64,000 nt of DNA from the NCBI GenBank assembly GCA_964016885.1, contig OZ024743.1, positions 123,628,001-123,692,000 on the forward strand, written 5' to 3'. The stretch comes from Eledone cirrhosa (Eukaryota). Position 1 is the stretch's first letter; the number at the start of each line of letters is the position of its first letter. Position numbers and translations under genes: made by a program. The notes under the pieces are model-generated. The model had not been told where the DNA came from. It was given only the letters and a program-made list of their open reading frames with translations, and did not search any database. Below are positions 26,632-40,802 of the stretch, piece after piece.

Positions 26632-29600
26632 AGTTTTGTTTATTGAAGAATACAAAAACAAACATACATATGAATAAGTAAGGTTTTATAACCAGGTTGA
26701 AATTGACCATTGTTAAGAATGGAAAGGGGCAGTATAAATCCTTAAGTTTGGTGGTAGTAGATGAATAAATAGGCCATCAGTAGATAAGGTATCAAATGTC
26801 TTTTAAGAAAAGAAATGAGAGTTGTTAGTGTAAATGAGTTTAGGCATATTGTATATAAAAGTATTGATGGTCAAAGAAGATTACGGTTGGAGGAGATGGG
26901 ATGCTGAGATTAGTGTGTTACAACAAATAGAATGGAATAGAACAATCTTAAAAAGTTAACTATTTCTTTGTTGTGAGGAATAATTTGTTCTAAAAATATA
27001 TGATATAAAAAAAATATACATATATATATATATACACATGTATAGTTACTCATGTTTATATATAGGCATATACATACATACACATACACAGATATACATA
27101 TACATACATACACATACACAGATATACATATTCACACACACACCCATACTCACACTTTTATTCACCTATATTATTTTCTATATTTGTTTAGTTGTATTTA
27201 TAATATTTGAATGTCTTTCTAATTTTGTGGTTACATACTAAAATTAATTCTTGTCTTTTATTTAATAGAGTGTCCTTCGATTCAGTAATTTCAAAAGTTT
27301 CTTGGGAACATAGTCCGCACTCCCTGCTATTGCCCTGATAAGAGATAGTCCTCTTAAGAATCACCAAATTAGGTTATATTTAATATTCTTCTTTTTACAA
27401 TTATTAACTGCTTCTGCCAAAGAAGTGGTATTTGCTAATTTTGTGTTTCGGAAACTGTGGGTGTGTGCATAAAATCTCGATTTAAATGGATTAGAAGTGG
27501 ATCCTATATAGGATTGATTAGAGTCTTTAGTGGTGATTACACATTTATATACTATATTATTAATTAAGCAATTTACATTTAAGGGGCAATTTTCTTTTAT
27601 TCTACAATTACAACCGTTTGCATATAGGGTTTCAGATGTGCTATCCATATTCTCAATAATAGTGCTAGTATTTGTGTTTACCTTTTTATTTGGGAGAGAA
27701 GGGTTTACGGTAGGGTGGTTATAATCCGAATTGTTGCTAGTAGGTGAGACATGGTTGCTTTGGGCGCTATTAGTTAGATTGGGTATGTAAATCTTACTCC
27801 GTATTAAGGATCAAGAAGATGGTAGTTGGTTATAGTCTACTATATTGTGCTGGTGAATGAGCGGATCTATCAGGTGGGTATGCAGTAATATTACGGTTAT
27901 GCGTTGTATTATTACCATAGTTATCTTGTGTGCGGCGTGCTATTGTGTGTGGTATAGATGGAGCTTTTTTACATTTATAGATGTTATATGCACTTATTTT
28001 CGATGTGGAGTAAGAAAATTTTACTGTGTTCCTGTTTAAGATTTGATGGTATTTGTAGTTAGGTGGGAAATGTCTATGAAGAATTGTAAAAAATCTTTTA
28101 GGGATTTGGCCCACAGTTTGCAAGTTGAATGGAGCGTTATACCATGTTAAATTTCTTTTATGGTTTCTAAAAGGTTTCCTCTTGTTATATTGGGTATGTA
28201 TAGAAGTTTGAGGGTAGATATTGTTATCAGATGAAATTATAATATTGTGATTGTTATTATGGGTGTGAACTAATTGTTTAGTAGATTTTTGAATTGTATT
28301 AGTTTTTGATTTATTGCTTTTTGTTTGATTTGTAGAGGATATTGTGAGTTTTTAAAAAAAAACATTATTGATAGGACCTGGAATTTAGGTATCATTCTTG
28401 TTATATATAGTGCACATATGTTTCTCTAGTTTTTTGGATTGCAAGGGTGTAGTTTGGTTATGTTGAAGTTTCGATGAGATAGGTTTTACATCATTAGGTT
28501 TATTGTGAGAATTAAGATATATGATGTTATTATTAACTGCTTTTTTAAGAGTAGTGGAGTTAGGTGTTTTCGCACGGTTTGTAGTAATAATATTAGGTAA
28601 GTTATAGAAATATTCAGAATCGTTAGGATTGATGATTTTTAGAGAATTTGTGTCTTTCGTGTTAATGTGGATATTGGGAGTAATGGTAGGATCTAGGTTT
28701 TTCGGTGTTTCATTGCTGGCACTAACTTTTTGGTGTTTTCTACGGTGTGTGTTGTTTATTGTTGGCTGTATGTAAGGGGTATTCATGGTGTTAGGTATGT
28801 AAAATATTTTATCTTTATAGCCACTTCTAATTAAAGCCTCATTATAATAAGGTGCATTTTATAGAATATTTCTTCACTAGATGATAATTTAGATAGTCTG
28901 AGTGAGATGTTGTAGACTATATTTTTTAGTATGGAACTAGGGTGGTTAGATAGTGAATGTATATAATGGAGGTTTTGGTTTGGTTTATGGTAGGGTTGGT
29001 AAGTGCCTGTTGATAGATTTAAAGAGATGTCGAGGAAATTGACCATTTTAGTGCTATTTTCAAAAGTAACCGTAAGATTATAGTAATTTTTTAGGAATTC
29101 CCTAATATGCTTTTTATTTCTCTCAATTGCTGAGAGACTACGGTTATTAGCTAGAAGAAGACAGTCATCGCGATATAGACCACCATTGAGGTGGGGCAAA
29201 GAGGAATTCAAATTATGTAAGAGGAAGAGGCCCACAAGGTCCGTAACCTGGGCGGAATCCATTGAACCCATAGTAATATCATATAAATCACTATAAGTAT
29301 TCCTAGTCCAATACTCGTCCTGGAAGTCCAATAGAGTTTGTCTGGCATGTGTGATGATCTTAATTTCATCCATAGTTAAGTTCGATCTATTTTTGGCGAA
29401 AATTAGTGCTTTGTTCAGTAGTATGAGGGATATTGATGAATAGTATGCATCGATGTCGAATTGGAAAAATGAAGCTGAGGGCTTATTTTTGATGTTGGTG
29501 AACCAATTGATAACTTGGGAGGTGTTTTCCTATAGCGATAGTTTTACATGTTTCCTTATTTGTGGGATAATTTTATCAAGAATCTTCTTGCTTATTACTC

Positions 29601-30079
29601 CGATGTCCGACTTAGATGGGCATATGTGTCTAATCGATGGGTTCGAGTTGAAGTCAGATTTATGATCTTTCAGATTAAAGTGTGGATTTTTTGGTGTGAA
29701 AGGTTCGGTTCTATCTTCGATGTTGAGTTCCTTTACTATGGTGTGTGATTTATTGTTTATAGAGGTGAGTGCTGTACTACTGGTTTTCTTATAGTTCTTC
29801 CTTAGTTCCTTACAAATGAATTGGTTATATTCATCAATGTTCATATGGTATAAGTTGCCTGTTTTGTTAGAGTGGACATGAATTTTACTAGAGTTATTTA
29901 GTTTAAATAGACATTTGATACCTTATCCACTGATCGCCTATTTGTTCATCTACTACCACCAAACTTAAGGATTTATACTGCCCCTTTCCATTCTTAACAA
30001 AAGGTCAATTTCAACCTGGCTATAAAACCTTACTTATTCATATGTATGTTTGTTTTTGTATTCTTCAATAAACAAAACT

Positions 30080-30217
30080 CATTATTTCTGAAAACGGCGG
30101 GTAGTGAAGACGTATGTATTCTTTTCTCACTATGATATTTTGTAATATGTTTTACATAGATCAATAATTAAATGAACATGCAGACGACTACCGCCCAGAA
30201 ACGATCGTAAAATAATG
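30080..30217 (+). ncRNA. Same hammerhead in the inverted pLTR copy (G8A)
   Basis: CTGAAAA at 30088-30094; GAAACGATCGTA at 30198-30209. Confidence 0.7.
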
Positions 30218-30412
30218 TCTTTTACTATGAAGTAACAGTTTTGTTTAATTTCATTGTTTTAATATCTCTATTTTGACTCTGTATCCAATTGAATTATATC
30301 GTTGATAAAAAAATGTTTGTATTTTAAACTTTGCTTCACGACATCTTCTACATACGGATTACATTGAGTTCTTTATACGGTTTAGACCCTACCGTTGAGT
30401 GGTAGATTTATC

Positions 30413-30510
<98 letters not shown>

Positions 30511-30972
30511 TATGCATGTATGTATGTATTCGTATATGTAAACAAGCTTATATATTCATGTTTTTCTATTTATTTGTGCTCATGCATAGGTGTTTGAGCG
30601 TATGGGGTGTATATGTATGTGTATGTTGGTATAAACATCAACCAAGTGCCATAGTAAGATATTCTGTGATAAGTAGCAGACTACAGGCGTTCCTTTGCTT
30701 ACATTAAGAGAATTAAGAAGCCATCTATTACATTTTCTTTTGTATGGAATAAATCACAGAGCGAACGTCGCTACATTTGTGAGAGTCGGATAAGAAAAGG
30801 TCATTCACTGATTCTTTCAGTAGAGTTAGTAAAGCAGACCACCAAAGATGTTTCTCTGAAGTCCCCTCTTTCTCTCTCCCTCCCTCTCTTTCCCTCTCCC
30901 CCATCTCTCTCTCTTTTTCATGCGCGTATATATGTGTATGTGTATGTATATATGTATGAAGTTTCATTCATG

Positions 30973-31027
<55 letters not shown>

Positions 31028-31128
31028 ATGTATGTATATATGTATACAGTTTTATGTATTATGTATGTATACAGTTTTATGTATTATGTATGTATATGCA
31101 TGTATATATATGTATACAGTTTTATGTA

Positions 31129-31188
<60 letters not shown>

Positions 31189-31599
31189 TATGTATGCACG
31201 TGTATGTCTGTATGTACGTGTGTGTGTATGTATGTGTGTGTGTATGCGTGTTTAACTTTCTGATATGTAACAAACCATTACAGCTACATGGCTTTGTTTT
31301 ATTATGATGAAAGAGATCACCAATTTTAGTGTATTTAGTGTGGAATGTCTTAAGTAGTTTGTGAGGTTGTCAGAATGCCAACTTGTTAGTAAACTAAGAT
31401 ACTTTTAGAATGATTTCATAATTTTTTTTCCCCTCAATGTTAATAAAAACCAAATATTCTACTCTAATTAAATTTAAAAAGGATATCTCCGCTTGTCTGA
31501 AGTAAGTTGATTACGAATATTGCCCTTTTTATCTATTTAACCTTTCTTAAACTCTACATAAAACAACCCGGTTTTTAACTAATCTGTTATATGTGTGCA

Positions 31600-31721
31600 T
31601 CTCTCTCTCTCGCGCGCGCACTCTTTCTCTTTTTCTCTGTCTCTCTTTCTCTCTCAATTCTCTCTCTCTTTCTCTTTTTCTTTGTCTCTCTTTCTCTCTC
31701 AATTCTCTCTCTCTCTCTCTC

Positions 31722-31790
<69 letters not shown>

Positions 31791-32275
31791 CTTTCTCTCG
31801 TTCTTTCTCTTTTTCTTTAACATTGCCTCTCTTTCTCTCTCAGTTTTTCTCTCTCTCTCACTCTTTCTCTTTTTCTCTGTTTCTCTTTCTCTCTTAATTC
31901 GCTCTCTCTCTCTTTCTCTTTTTCTCTGTCTCTCTTTCTCTCTCAATTCTCTTTCTCTCTCTCTCGCTCTTTCTCTCGTTTTTTCTCTTTTTCTCGTTCT
32001 CTCTTTATCTCTCTTTAAATCTCTCTCTTTCTTTAACTTTCCCCTCTCTGTCTCTCTCTCAATTTCTCTCTCTCACCCTTTCTCTCCTCCTCCTCTCTCT
32101 ATTTCGCTCTTTCTCTCCTTCTTTCTCTTTTTCTCTTTCTCTCTTTCTCTCTCTTTAAATCTCTCTTTTTCTTTAACTTTCCCCTCTCTTTCTCTCTCAA
32201 TTTCTCTCTCTCGCCCTCTCTCTCTTTCGCTCTTTCTCTCGTTCTGTCTCTTTTTCTCTTTCTCTCTCTTTAAAT
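31600..32275. repeat. Polypyrimidine (CT)n composite with internal duplications
   Basis: ~670 nt almost purely C/T; the block ctctctttaaatctctct..ttctttaactttcccctctct recurs with ~123-bp period. Confidence 0.9.
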
Positions 32276-32854
32276 CTTTGTGCGTATGTACTATTTTTAT
32301 TATCTCTCCAGTTGTACTGTTGGAAGAAATAGCTGTTGTATTGCGGTAAGTTGTGTACTAGTGTGTAAAGACGTGGTCATGAAGTTCGCTTTGCAAATTA
32401 TGTTGCCCCGGTTTCGATTTTGATTCCAATGTGTGGCATCTTAGTTTAGTTTAGTTTTACCATAACTTGGGGCAACTTAAGCTTTGCATGTGAAACTAGG
32501 TAGACGGTGGAAGCTGTCAAATCTCGTCGTATGGATTATACGTGTAATTTTCAAAGGGCAATGTTGTCACGCACTGTGACACGCTGAAGATTGCGTTAGG
32601 GTATAAGTCTTATATCCCCATACTATAAGTGTTTGTTAAATATTCAGTAACATAGGCTATAATTCAATAACTAGACAGTTTGGTTAATGGAAAATCTAGA
32701 AGACTCATGGTCAAAAATAAATGTGTCTTTTCTTTAACATTAGTTTGACCTTTTGCTCTACTTTCATTAAGCAGAGTATTCAAAATCTATGAAATGCATG
32801 ATTTCTTTGTTAGCTGATTAGTTTCAAATAGTTTTTCTTCCATTACTTTTACTG

Positions 32855-33020
32855 TCGGTAGGGCGTCGGACAACATGCTTCGCATCTTAGAGTTACGGCC
32901 CTTTGCATTCTGAGTTCAAATCCCGACGGGGTTAGCTTTACTTTGCATCCTTACAGGGTCGATAAAATAAAACACCAGTAATGGACTGGTGTAGATTTAA
33001 TCGACATCCCGCTCCCCAAG
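32855..33020 (+). mobile_element. SINE family A
   Basis: Head fragment, B box and core present. Confidence 0.8.
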
Positions 33021-33602
33021 ATAGATTATGTTAAATTCGATTAAACTAAATGATCATATGTTCTAGTAGTGTACGGGGTAAATAAAGATGCAGCCCTGGA
33101 TTTACCATTTGGCACAGTAATTACTTGCTTAGGGCCTCAAATGAAGAATAGCTCCATAGTGTTATTTTCTTCTTTTTTTTTTTTTCCTAATACGAGATTT
33201 CCAATGGACGACGGTGTAATGTCGCAACCGAAAAAGAGCCATTAGAAAGCCCTCTCTCGCGCTCTTTTCAATGCTCAGAGCTTCTAATGGTCTTAATCTG
33301 CCTCTGTTAATATGAATTTTAATTGATCATTAAATAAAGAATTTTTCGACTTATAGTAATTATTTGAAAATAATTAATCTGAAGGAAGCCTGAAAACTTC
33401 CTATTATCTATTAATAACATAAAAGAGAAGTGTTTCTTGGCTGGTTGGCTGGTTTGTTGGTTGGTTTAATCACACGAAAATTACACACACACACACACGT
33501 ACATAAACACACAGAGGAAGAAGCAGAGAGAGAGAATGGCAACGAACGGTAGTTTACACACGCGCGCGCGCACACACACACACGCACACACGCACACACA
33601 CA

Positions 33603-33673
<71 letters not shown>

Positions 33674-33775
33674 TAATAATAATAATGCTTTCTTTATTAA
33701 CCACAAGGGTTTATATAAAGTAGACATTAAGGACAGTACAGGACAATACAGGACGGTACAAATGGGCATTTCTGC

Positions 33776-33820
<45 letters not shown>

Positions 33821-33829
33821 TTTATAGTT

Positions 33830-36800
33830 ATGTATACACGATATACAACTATAAACAGGAAAGGTCAGTGATTCATTACTACCTTATTACCAGTAAGAAA
33901 AATAGCTCAATGTAAATGCATGAGATGTTTTACAGAGCAGGAATATAAATTACACAATAATCAAAGCTACATTCAAATCATTTTATTGCGGACAATCGTT
34001 TCTTCCAAACTTTCGTTTGGCATCATCGGAGCACTACCAATGTTTGTACATATTATTAACCTCCTATTCAACTGAACAATCATATAGATACATGGATATT
34101 AATGTTGTCAACAACAGTTTCGTATTTACAGAGTGGAATGGATGCGACATAGATTACAAGAGAATTGTACAATAATTAAAATTAAAAATTAAAAATTAAA
34201 AAAGCACAGAGTGGAATGCATGCGACAGAGATTACAAGGTAATAGTATAGTAATTAAAGAGGCATTAAGGTAGAAAGTTACTCGTAAAACGAGGACACCA
34301 GTAGTACATATGCAAGCGTATAGAGAGTACAAATGCGTTAGGCATATACACGAAGGAAACAAGCATAGGTTTACAAGCATATCAAGCAGGAAAATATGTT
34401 TGTGTATTAAAAATATGAGTTTATGGTGGATTTAGTGTGATGATTGTTTCTGTAATGTTCAAATGTGTATGTGTTGAGAGTATCAATGTTATTGCTATCG
34501 TTTCTATTACATTGGTTACATTTTATTTTAGTGAATGTTTTTAATTAGTTTACAGCTATGGATTGTATATTGGTCCTATTATTTTGTTATCCGGGGTTCA
34601 AGTTGTTGTGGAGTGATTCTTCTAACGGTTTAATTTTGGGAGTGAGTTTAAGATCTATATTAAGGGGAACTAATGCGAAAGGGGAGGTAACTAGCGATTA
34701 AATTGTATATGAGAGAAGAAATTAGAAAAAATGGGAAAAATGTATAGTTGTTTTACAGCTCCAATTAGTTAAATTCGTTGTGCTAATATACATTATATTG
34801 TGTTACAAGTTAATTATAAATACAATCTATTTTCTATAATACATTAAAGGTCTCATTATATTATTATCTATCCATTACTGAATAAAGTATAAGTAAGCTA
34901 TAGAAAAAATGTATAGTTGTTTACAGGTCCAATTAGTTAAATCTCTTGTGTTATTAATATACATTATATCATGTTATAAGCGAATCCCTTATATATAATG
35001 GTATTAATTTATATATTTAATTATAAATATAATTTATTATCCTATAATACATTAAGTGTCTCATGATATTATTATCTATCCATTACTGAATATAATATAA
35101 GCAAGCTATAGTGGTTATATTAAATGATGTTAATTTTATGTTTATTCCTAATAGTTATTGTAGAGTATGAGGTTTGAGATAAATAGGAGTTAGGTAGAGG
35201 GATCAGCTGATCATAGAGTGTGATGCTGTGGGGGTACTTATATGTTGATAAGACCTAGAGGTGAAGTGTTAATGGCGGTGTGGAATTCAGAACTGACATT
35301 GTTATATACTAGCAGCTAGGTTTAAAGCTATGGAAAAAGTGTCGGTGGTAGTGCTGGCACATGGAAACAACCTCTGATTTTCTATTTAGGAGATCTAGTT
35401 TAGAATAGATTATAGTGCGGGTCTCTAAAAGACAGAGGTTACATAATTTATTCGGTGGTTTATACGATGCGGCCCTTTCTATTACTTCCCATTGAAGTGT
35501 ATATGGTCTATTCCTAGTTTTCAGAGAGTGTATGTAGCTAGATAAAGAAGTGGAGTTGGTTAGATTGCGATTTTGGAAAGTGTGGAGATGCGAGTTATAT
35601 CTCGTCTTGAAGCAGTTCGAAGTTGAACTGATATATGTTTTACAAGAGTTGTTTGTGTTGACCGTGCATGAGTAAATGATGTCTTTGATTAAGCAAGGGG
35701 CAAGTTCTATTTGTCCTACAGTTGCAGTTATTCTGGTTGTTTGCTTTCCGGTTACTATGTTGTGTAGATGCCTGGTTGTTAGGGATGGCATTAGGGTAAT
35801 GATGGTTGTCGTTCCCATTGTTATTAATTTCATTAGTGCTATTATCATTATTATTATTGCTACTAGAAATCTCTGGTACTATGTTGCCCTGTAAGTTTAC
35901 CCTCTGTCGTGATTTAATTAGTTGGAAATAATTATTAATCTTCCTTTTATTACTACTAGCTATATGGTGTGCGATGTTAGGTGTGGTAGAGTAAGAGATT
36001 TTAATGGTATTTTTATTGATAAGATTATGGTATTTGTGGCCGGCTGGGAAGTTTTTTTCCAAGATTGAGAAGAAAGCCTTAGGCAAGTTGGTAGAGACGT
36101 TTAGATTGAAAGGTGGATTGAAGAATGTATTAGTTCTTCTATTTTTGTTTTTTGTAATGTTATTTGAGGTATTGTTTATATTTCTGTTTATATTATTACT
36201 ATGGTGTTTATTCTGGTGCGAGTTAAGTTTGATATTACCCTTCGTATTAGAGTTAGAGTGGCTAGTACTTTTATTATTTTTCCTCGTGGCCATATTGTGA
36301 GAAATAATATTGTAACTAGGTGATTTTATAGGTAGAAATTTAATCTCATTTTTATGGCCTGATTTAGCTAAGGCCTCATTATAGTATTGGGAATTATTGT
36401 TAAATATGGTTTCGTTATATGATAGATTAGAGATTCTATTTGATATTCCTTTAGTAATTGAGTTTAATATGGATTTAGGGTGGTTAGAGTTGATATCTAC
36501 ATAAAGTAGTTTTTCGTTTCGTTTATGAAAGGGTGTATATATTTTAGAGTCCAGATAAAGGGTAGCATCAAGGAAGTTAACGTTTTAAGGTGATACCTAA
36601 GTTGAAGTTTTTAAATTTTTTATGTAATTGTTTCCTAGTTCTTTCTATATTACATTTTTTATAGTCAATAAGAAGTAGTGCATCATCGCGGTATAAACCA
36701 CCATAGATGTAGGGTAGGTTCTTAAGAAATTCATTTAAGAGATTAAGGCCCACCAAATCAGTGATCTGCGCCGAGTCACTAGATCCCATAGTTATGTCAA

Positions 36801-37375
36801 AGTTGTTATGTGTATCCTTGCGGATCCATAATTGATCTTCAAATGTAATTATGGTTTTTCGGGCCGCAAGGATGGCATCAATTTGGGATCTAGTAAGGTC
36901 ACTATTGTTCATATCCAAAATTAATGCCTTATTTAATAGAATGGGGGAAATAGAGGTGTAGTATGAATTAATATCAAATTGTATAATTTTTTTTTATTCT
37001 TTTTAATATCATTGAACCATTCAATAACTTCACCAGTATTTCCCCACTGGTTAAGATATATTTTATGCTTAAATTGTGGGATGATTCTATCTAATATTTT
37101 CTTGCTGATAATTCCAATCTCAGATTTGGAAGGGAAAATTAGTCTTATAGGTTACTATTAAAATCTTCCTTATGGTCTTTCAAAGAGAATCCTAGGGGAT
37201 TAGAGGTGTATGGCTGTGTATGTCTCTGAAGTCCTAATTTACACACTATAATATGGCCTTCTATATTTATATCCTCTAGGTTTTAATAGTTGTTTTCTTG
37301 TAGCTCCTATGTAGTTTTTTATATATAAATTTTCTATATGTATCGTAATCCAGGCTATATATATTATTAGTTTTA
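33830..37375 (-). mobile_element. Penelope-like retroelement PLE3 (Hydra-clade-like), 5'-truncated
   Basis: Broken ORF 37375-35309: KTNNIY, FDITMGSSDSAQITDLVGL, GGLYRDD, FFNPPFN, CNCRTNRTCPL, IIYSC...YIS, CNLCLLE, CQH; ~1.5-kb 3' UTR with a ~170-200-bp tandem duplication (34735-35110). Confidence 0.92.
33986..34035 (-). ncRNA. Degenerate hammerhead near the PLE3 3' end
   Basis: tgct-CCGATGA-TGCCAAAC(GAAA)GTTTGGAA-GAAA-CGATTG-TC-cgca. Confidence 0.6.
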
Positions 37376-37387
37376 TATATATATATA

Positions 37388-37528
<141 letters not shown>

Positions 37529-40500
37529 ATATATATGTGTGTATGCATATATATGTGTGTATGCATATATATATATAAAGACAGAGAGACAGAGAGTCAA
37601 TCTATTCTCCAAGGCTACGATTTACATTTATTTCTATTTTTTTTTTTTACGATATTTTCCAAGAAAATTAATTTCATCATGTCACAAAAACACCACTCAT
37701 CTATCGGTGTAGTTACAATGTCCGCCAAACGGTTGAAATTTTCAGGCGAAAGAGAAACTCAGAGACGGGAAACAGAAAGATTAAAACAACAAGAAAGACG
37801 ATCGCAACTTTCTGAAAGTGAACAGAATTTGAGACGGGAAAGAGAAAGATTCAGGCAAGAAGAAAAACGATAGCAACAAACGGAGGCTGAATATGAAAAT
37901 CACCGAGAAGCAATGAGAGATGTGATGCAAACGCGACGAGCACAAAGGACTCTTCAAGGCAAAATAAACTGGCTAAGAGCTGCGTTTTCAAATGATCCAT
38001 CGAAAAATTATAGAAATGATCCTAAAATCGCGAATGGTAGCATGGATATTATATTCAGTAGTTGTGGAGCTATAAAATGGAAAGGAAAAACACTTGGCAT
38101 GTATTGCTTAGGAGGAAAGGTCAGCTTTCCACTGATAGAAGACGCTTCGCCTATTATTCGTATACTGCTTATACTAACGAAGCTAAACACTTCAGAAGCA
38201 ATGTTATGCGGTATAGTGCTGCATTTCAAATGACGTACTTTGGAACTGAAAAAGATCATACTGACTATGGTTATTTCACATCCTTTAAAATCCAAGGACA
38301 ATGCTACCATTTAATTGGAAGTTTACTCCTCCAGCCTAATGAGGAACCAAAATTCATTCAAGTTTACTTTTAGGGCAACAACGAACAAGAAGCTACTCAA
38401 CGATGCAGAAATATTTCCAGTGGTCTCAGCTACAAGTTATTAGCAGTCTGCAAAATATGCTTCATAAAAACTATTCTTACATAAGAATATACAAATTTGC
38501 CTTAGAAAAAAAAGGCAAACCCCATGTATAAAATTACTATTAGACCTGATAAGAAGACAAAAGACGTTACAAGAAACCACTGAAAGACGAAGTGGCTGTA
38601 CTGATGGTCAATGAACAACATAAATCCAGAGACACCATTGTACATGAGAGATCTGGACAATTACGAAGAATTCCAGAGACACAGAGCATACGACGCTTTT
38701 CAGTATCCTTTGATTTTTTGGGAGATGTCAGGATGGATACAATTTCTCCTTAAAACCCAGTAAAGGCAAGGAAACTAATAAATCGGTCAGTTGCGAATTT
38801 CTTTATTAATTTCACTTCATGGTAAGAGATTGCTTTAACCAAATCCTAAGAATGGGAAGACTTACAAGCCAATTAATGGTTGATGTTTATGCCAAGATTG
38901 AAGCTGAATGGTTGGCATTCATTAAAAACAACCAAACTAAACTTAAAACAGAGCACTACATCCATTTGAGAGACGCCATTATAACTAATGGAATGAATCC
39001 TTCCAGTGTTGGTCAGCCAGTCATTCTGCCATCTTGCTTCACAAGCAGTCCACGCTATATGGCCGTGTGCACACAAGATGCCATGGTATATGTAAGAAAA
39101 TGTGCTTGTCCAGATCTTTTCATTACATTTACATGCAATCCTACGTGGCCAGGAATTCAAAATGAACTGTTTAAACACCAATATGCAAAATATAGACATG
39201 GCATCATTGCCAGAGTTTTTAATGAGAAATAGAAGATCTTGATGTGGCTGCTAAAAGATGGACAAATCTTTGGCAAACTAAGATGTTGGTTTTACACTAT
39301 TGAATGGCAGAAAAGAGGTCTTCCTCATTCCCATATACTAATTTGATGTTCAGACCACATTCACTCAGATCAAATCGACAAAATCATAAGCGCCGAATTG
39401 CCCGATCCTGACAAAGACTCAGAACTATTTGCCATTATCTCAAAACAAATGATACATGGTCCATGTGGCAGTATCAACCCCAAGGGTGTGTACATGAGAA
39501 GTAACAAATGTGAAAAAAGATATCCAAGGCCTTTTCAACAAGAAACCATAACTGGTGATGATGGATATCCTCAGTACAGACGGAGAAGCCCTCACTGTGG
39601 TGGAAAAACTGTTTATCAAGATACGATTATCAAGATACGAGGTCAAGACCTTCAGGTTGGTAACAATTGGGTCGTTCCCTACAAAATCCTTAATGCTCAC
39701 ATCAATTGTAAGTACAGCGCATCAGTAAAATTAATTAAGTATGTTTGTAAATATGTCAACAAAGGTAGTGAACTTTTACTGTTGGTGGCAATAACTAATT
39801 GGATGAAGTTAAAACATACCTAACGGAGTATATTTCTAGCAATGCAGCCATATGGAGAATCTTGGGTTTTGACATACACAATAGACATCCAGCGGTAGTG
39901 AACATTGCAGTCCATTTTGAAAATGGCCAGAGGGCATATTACACTGAAGAAAATGCACAATTGATTGCTGCGTTTCCTCCAGACACAACGCTCACTGATT
40001 TTTTAAGCTTTGTGGAGAATCTTTTGCTAAAACCTTGCTTTATCATGAGGCTCCTACATTCTACACATGGGATAAAAAGAAATGGAGCAGTCGAACGATA
40101 GGCAACCACATGACATCAAAGCAAGTGGTGCAATAGGAAGAGTTTACACGGTCCATCCTAAACATAGGGAATGTTTCTATTTGAGGTTAGTCCTTTACAC
40201 TGTCAGAGGGTCAACATCATTTGAAAATATCAAAATTGTACATGGAACTCCGTGTGCAACGTATGCTGAAGCAAGTAAATTACTTGGCCAGCTTGAAGAC
40301 GGGGAATATTGGAATAAGACATTGGAAGGGGCGGCTGCCACACAAATGTCTAAAAAGCTTCGACAGCTCTTTGCTGTAATGCTCACTACGTGCAATATTT
40401 CAGATTCCTTGAGTCTCTGGGAAAGCTATAGGAAAGACTTGTCGGAAGATATATTGCACAGGATCAAACTTCAAAACACTGGCATTAATGTAGATTTTTC

Positions 40501-40591
40501 TCCACCTATCTATAATGAAGCACTTTCAGAAATTAACAGCCACCTGAAGGAAATTGGCTGGTCCCTTAGGGATGGCAGTTTACCAGAACCT

Positions 40592-40647
40592 GGTATATTG
40601 AACAGGGTATATTGAACAGGGTATATTGAACAGGGTATATTAAATAG
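40592..40647. repeat. 14-bp tandem repeat (ggtatattgaacag) x3 plus 1 degenerate
   Basis: Directly visible at the Helitron deletion junction. Confidence 0.95.
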
Positions 40648-40700
40648 ATTTATTCCAAAGATTCCACTTATCCCTTCGTCACTGAGCTGCCATTCAAATT

Positions 40701-40802
40701 CTCAAGACTTCAATTCCCTCAAGACTTCAATTCCCTCAAGACTTCAATTCCCTCAAGACTTCAATTCCCTCAAGACTTCAATTCCCTCAAGACTTCAATT
40801 CC
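40701..40802. repeat. 17-bp tandem repeat (ctcaagacttcaattcc) x6
   Basis: Six perfect units covering the RLQFP codons. Confidence 0.95.

Noticed and set aside
31591-32349. 252-aa ORF and the many YI/HT/CV/RE-repeat ORFs
   Set aside because: Translations of microsatellites and low-complexity DNA.
40701-40802. CRISPR-like array
   Set aside because: Units are contiguous with no spacers and derive from Helitron coding sequence; eukaryotic context.
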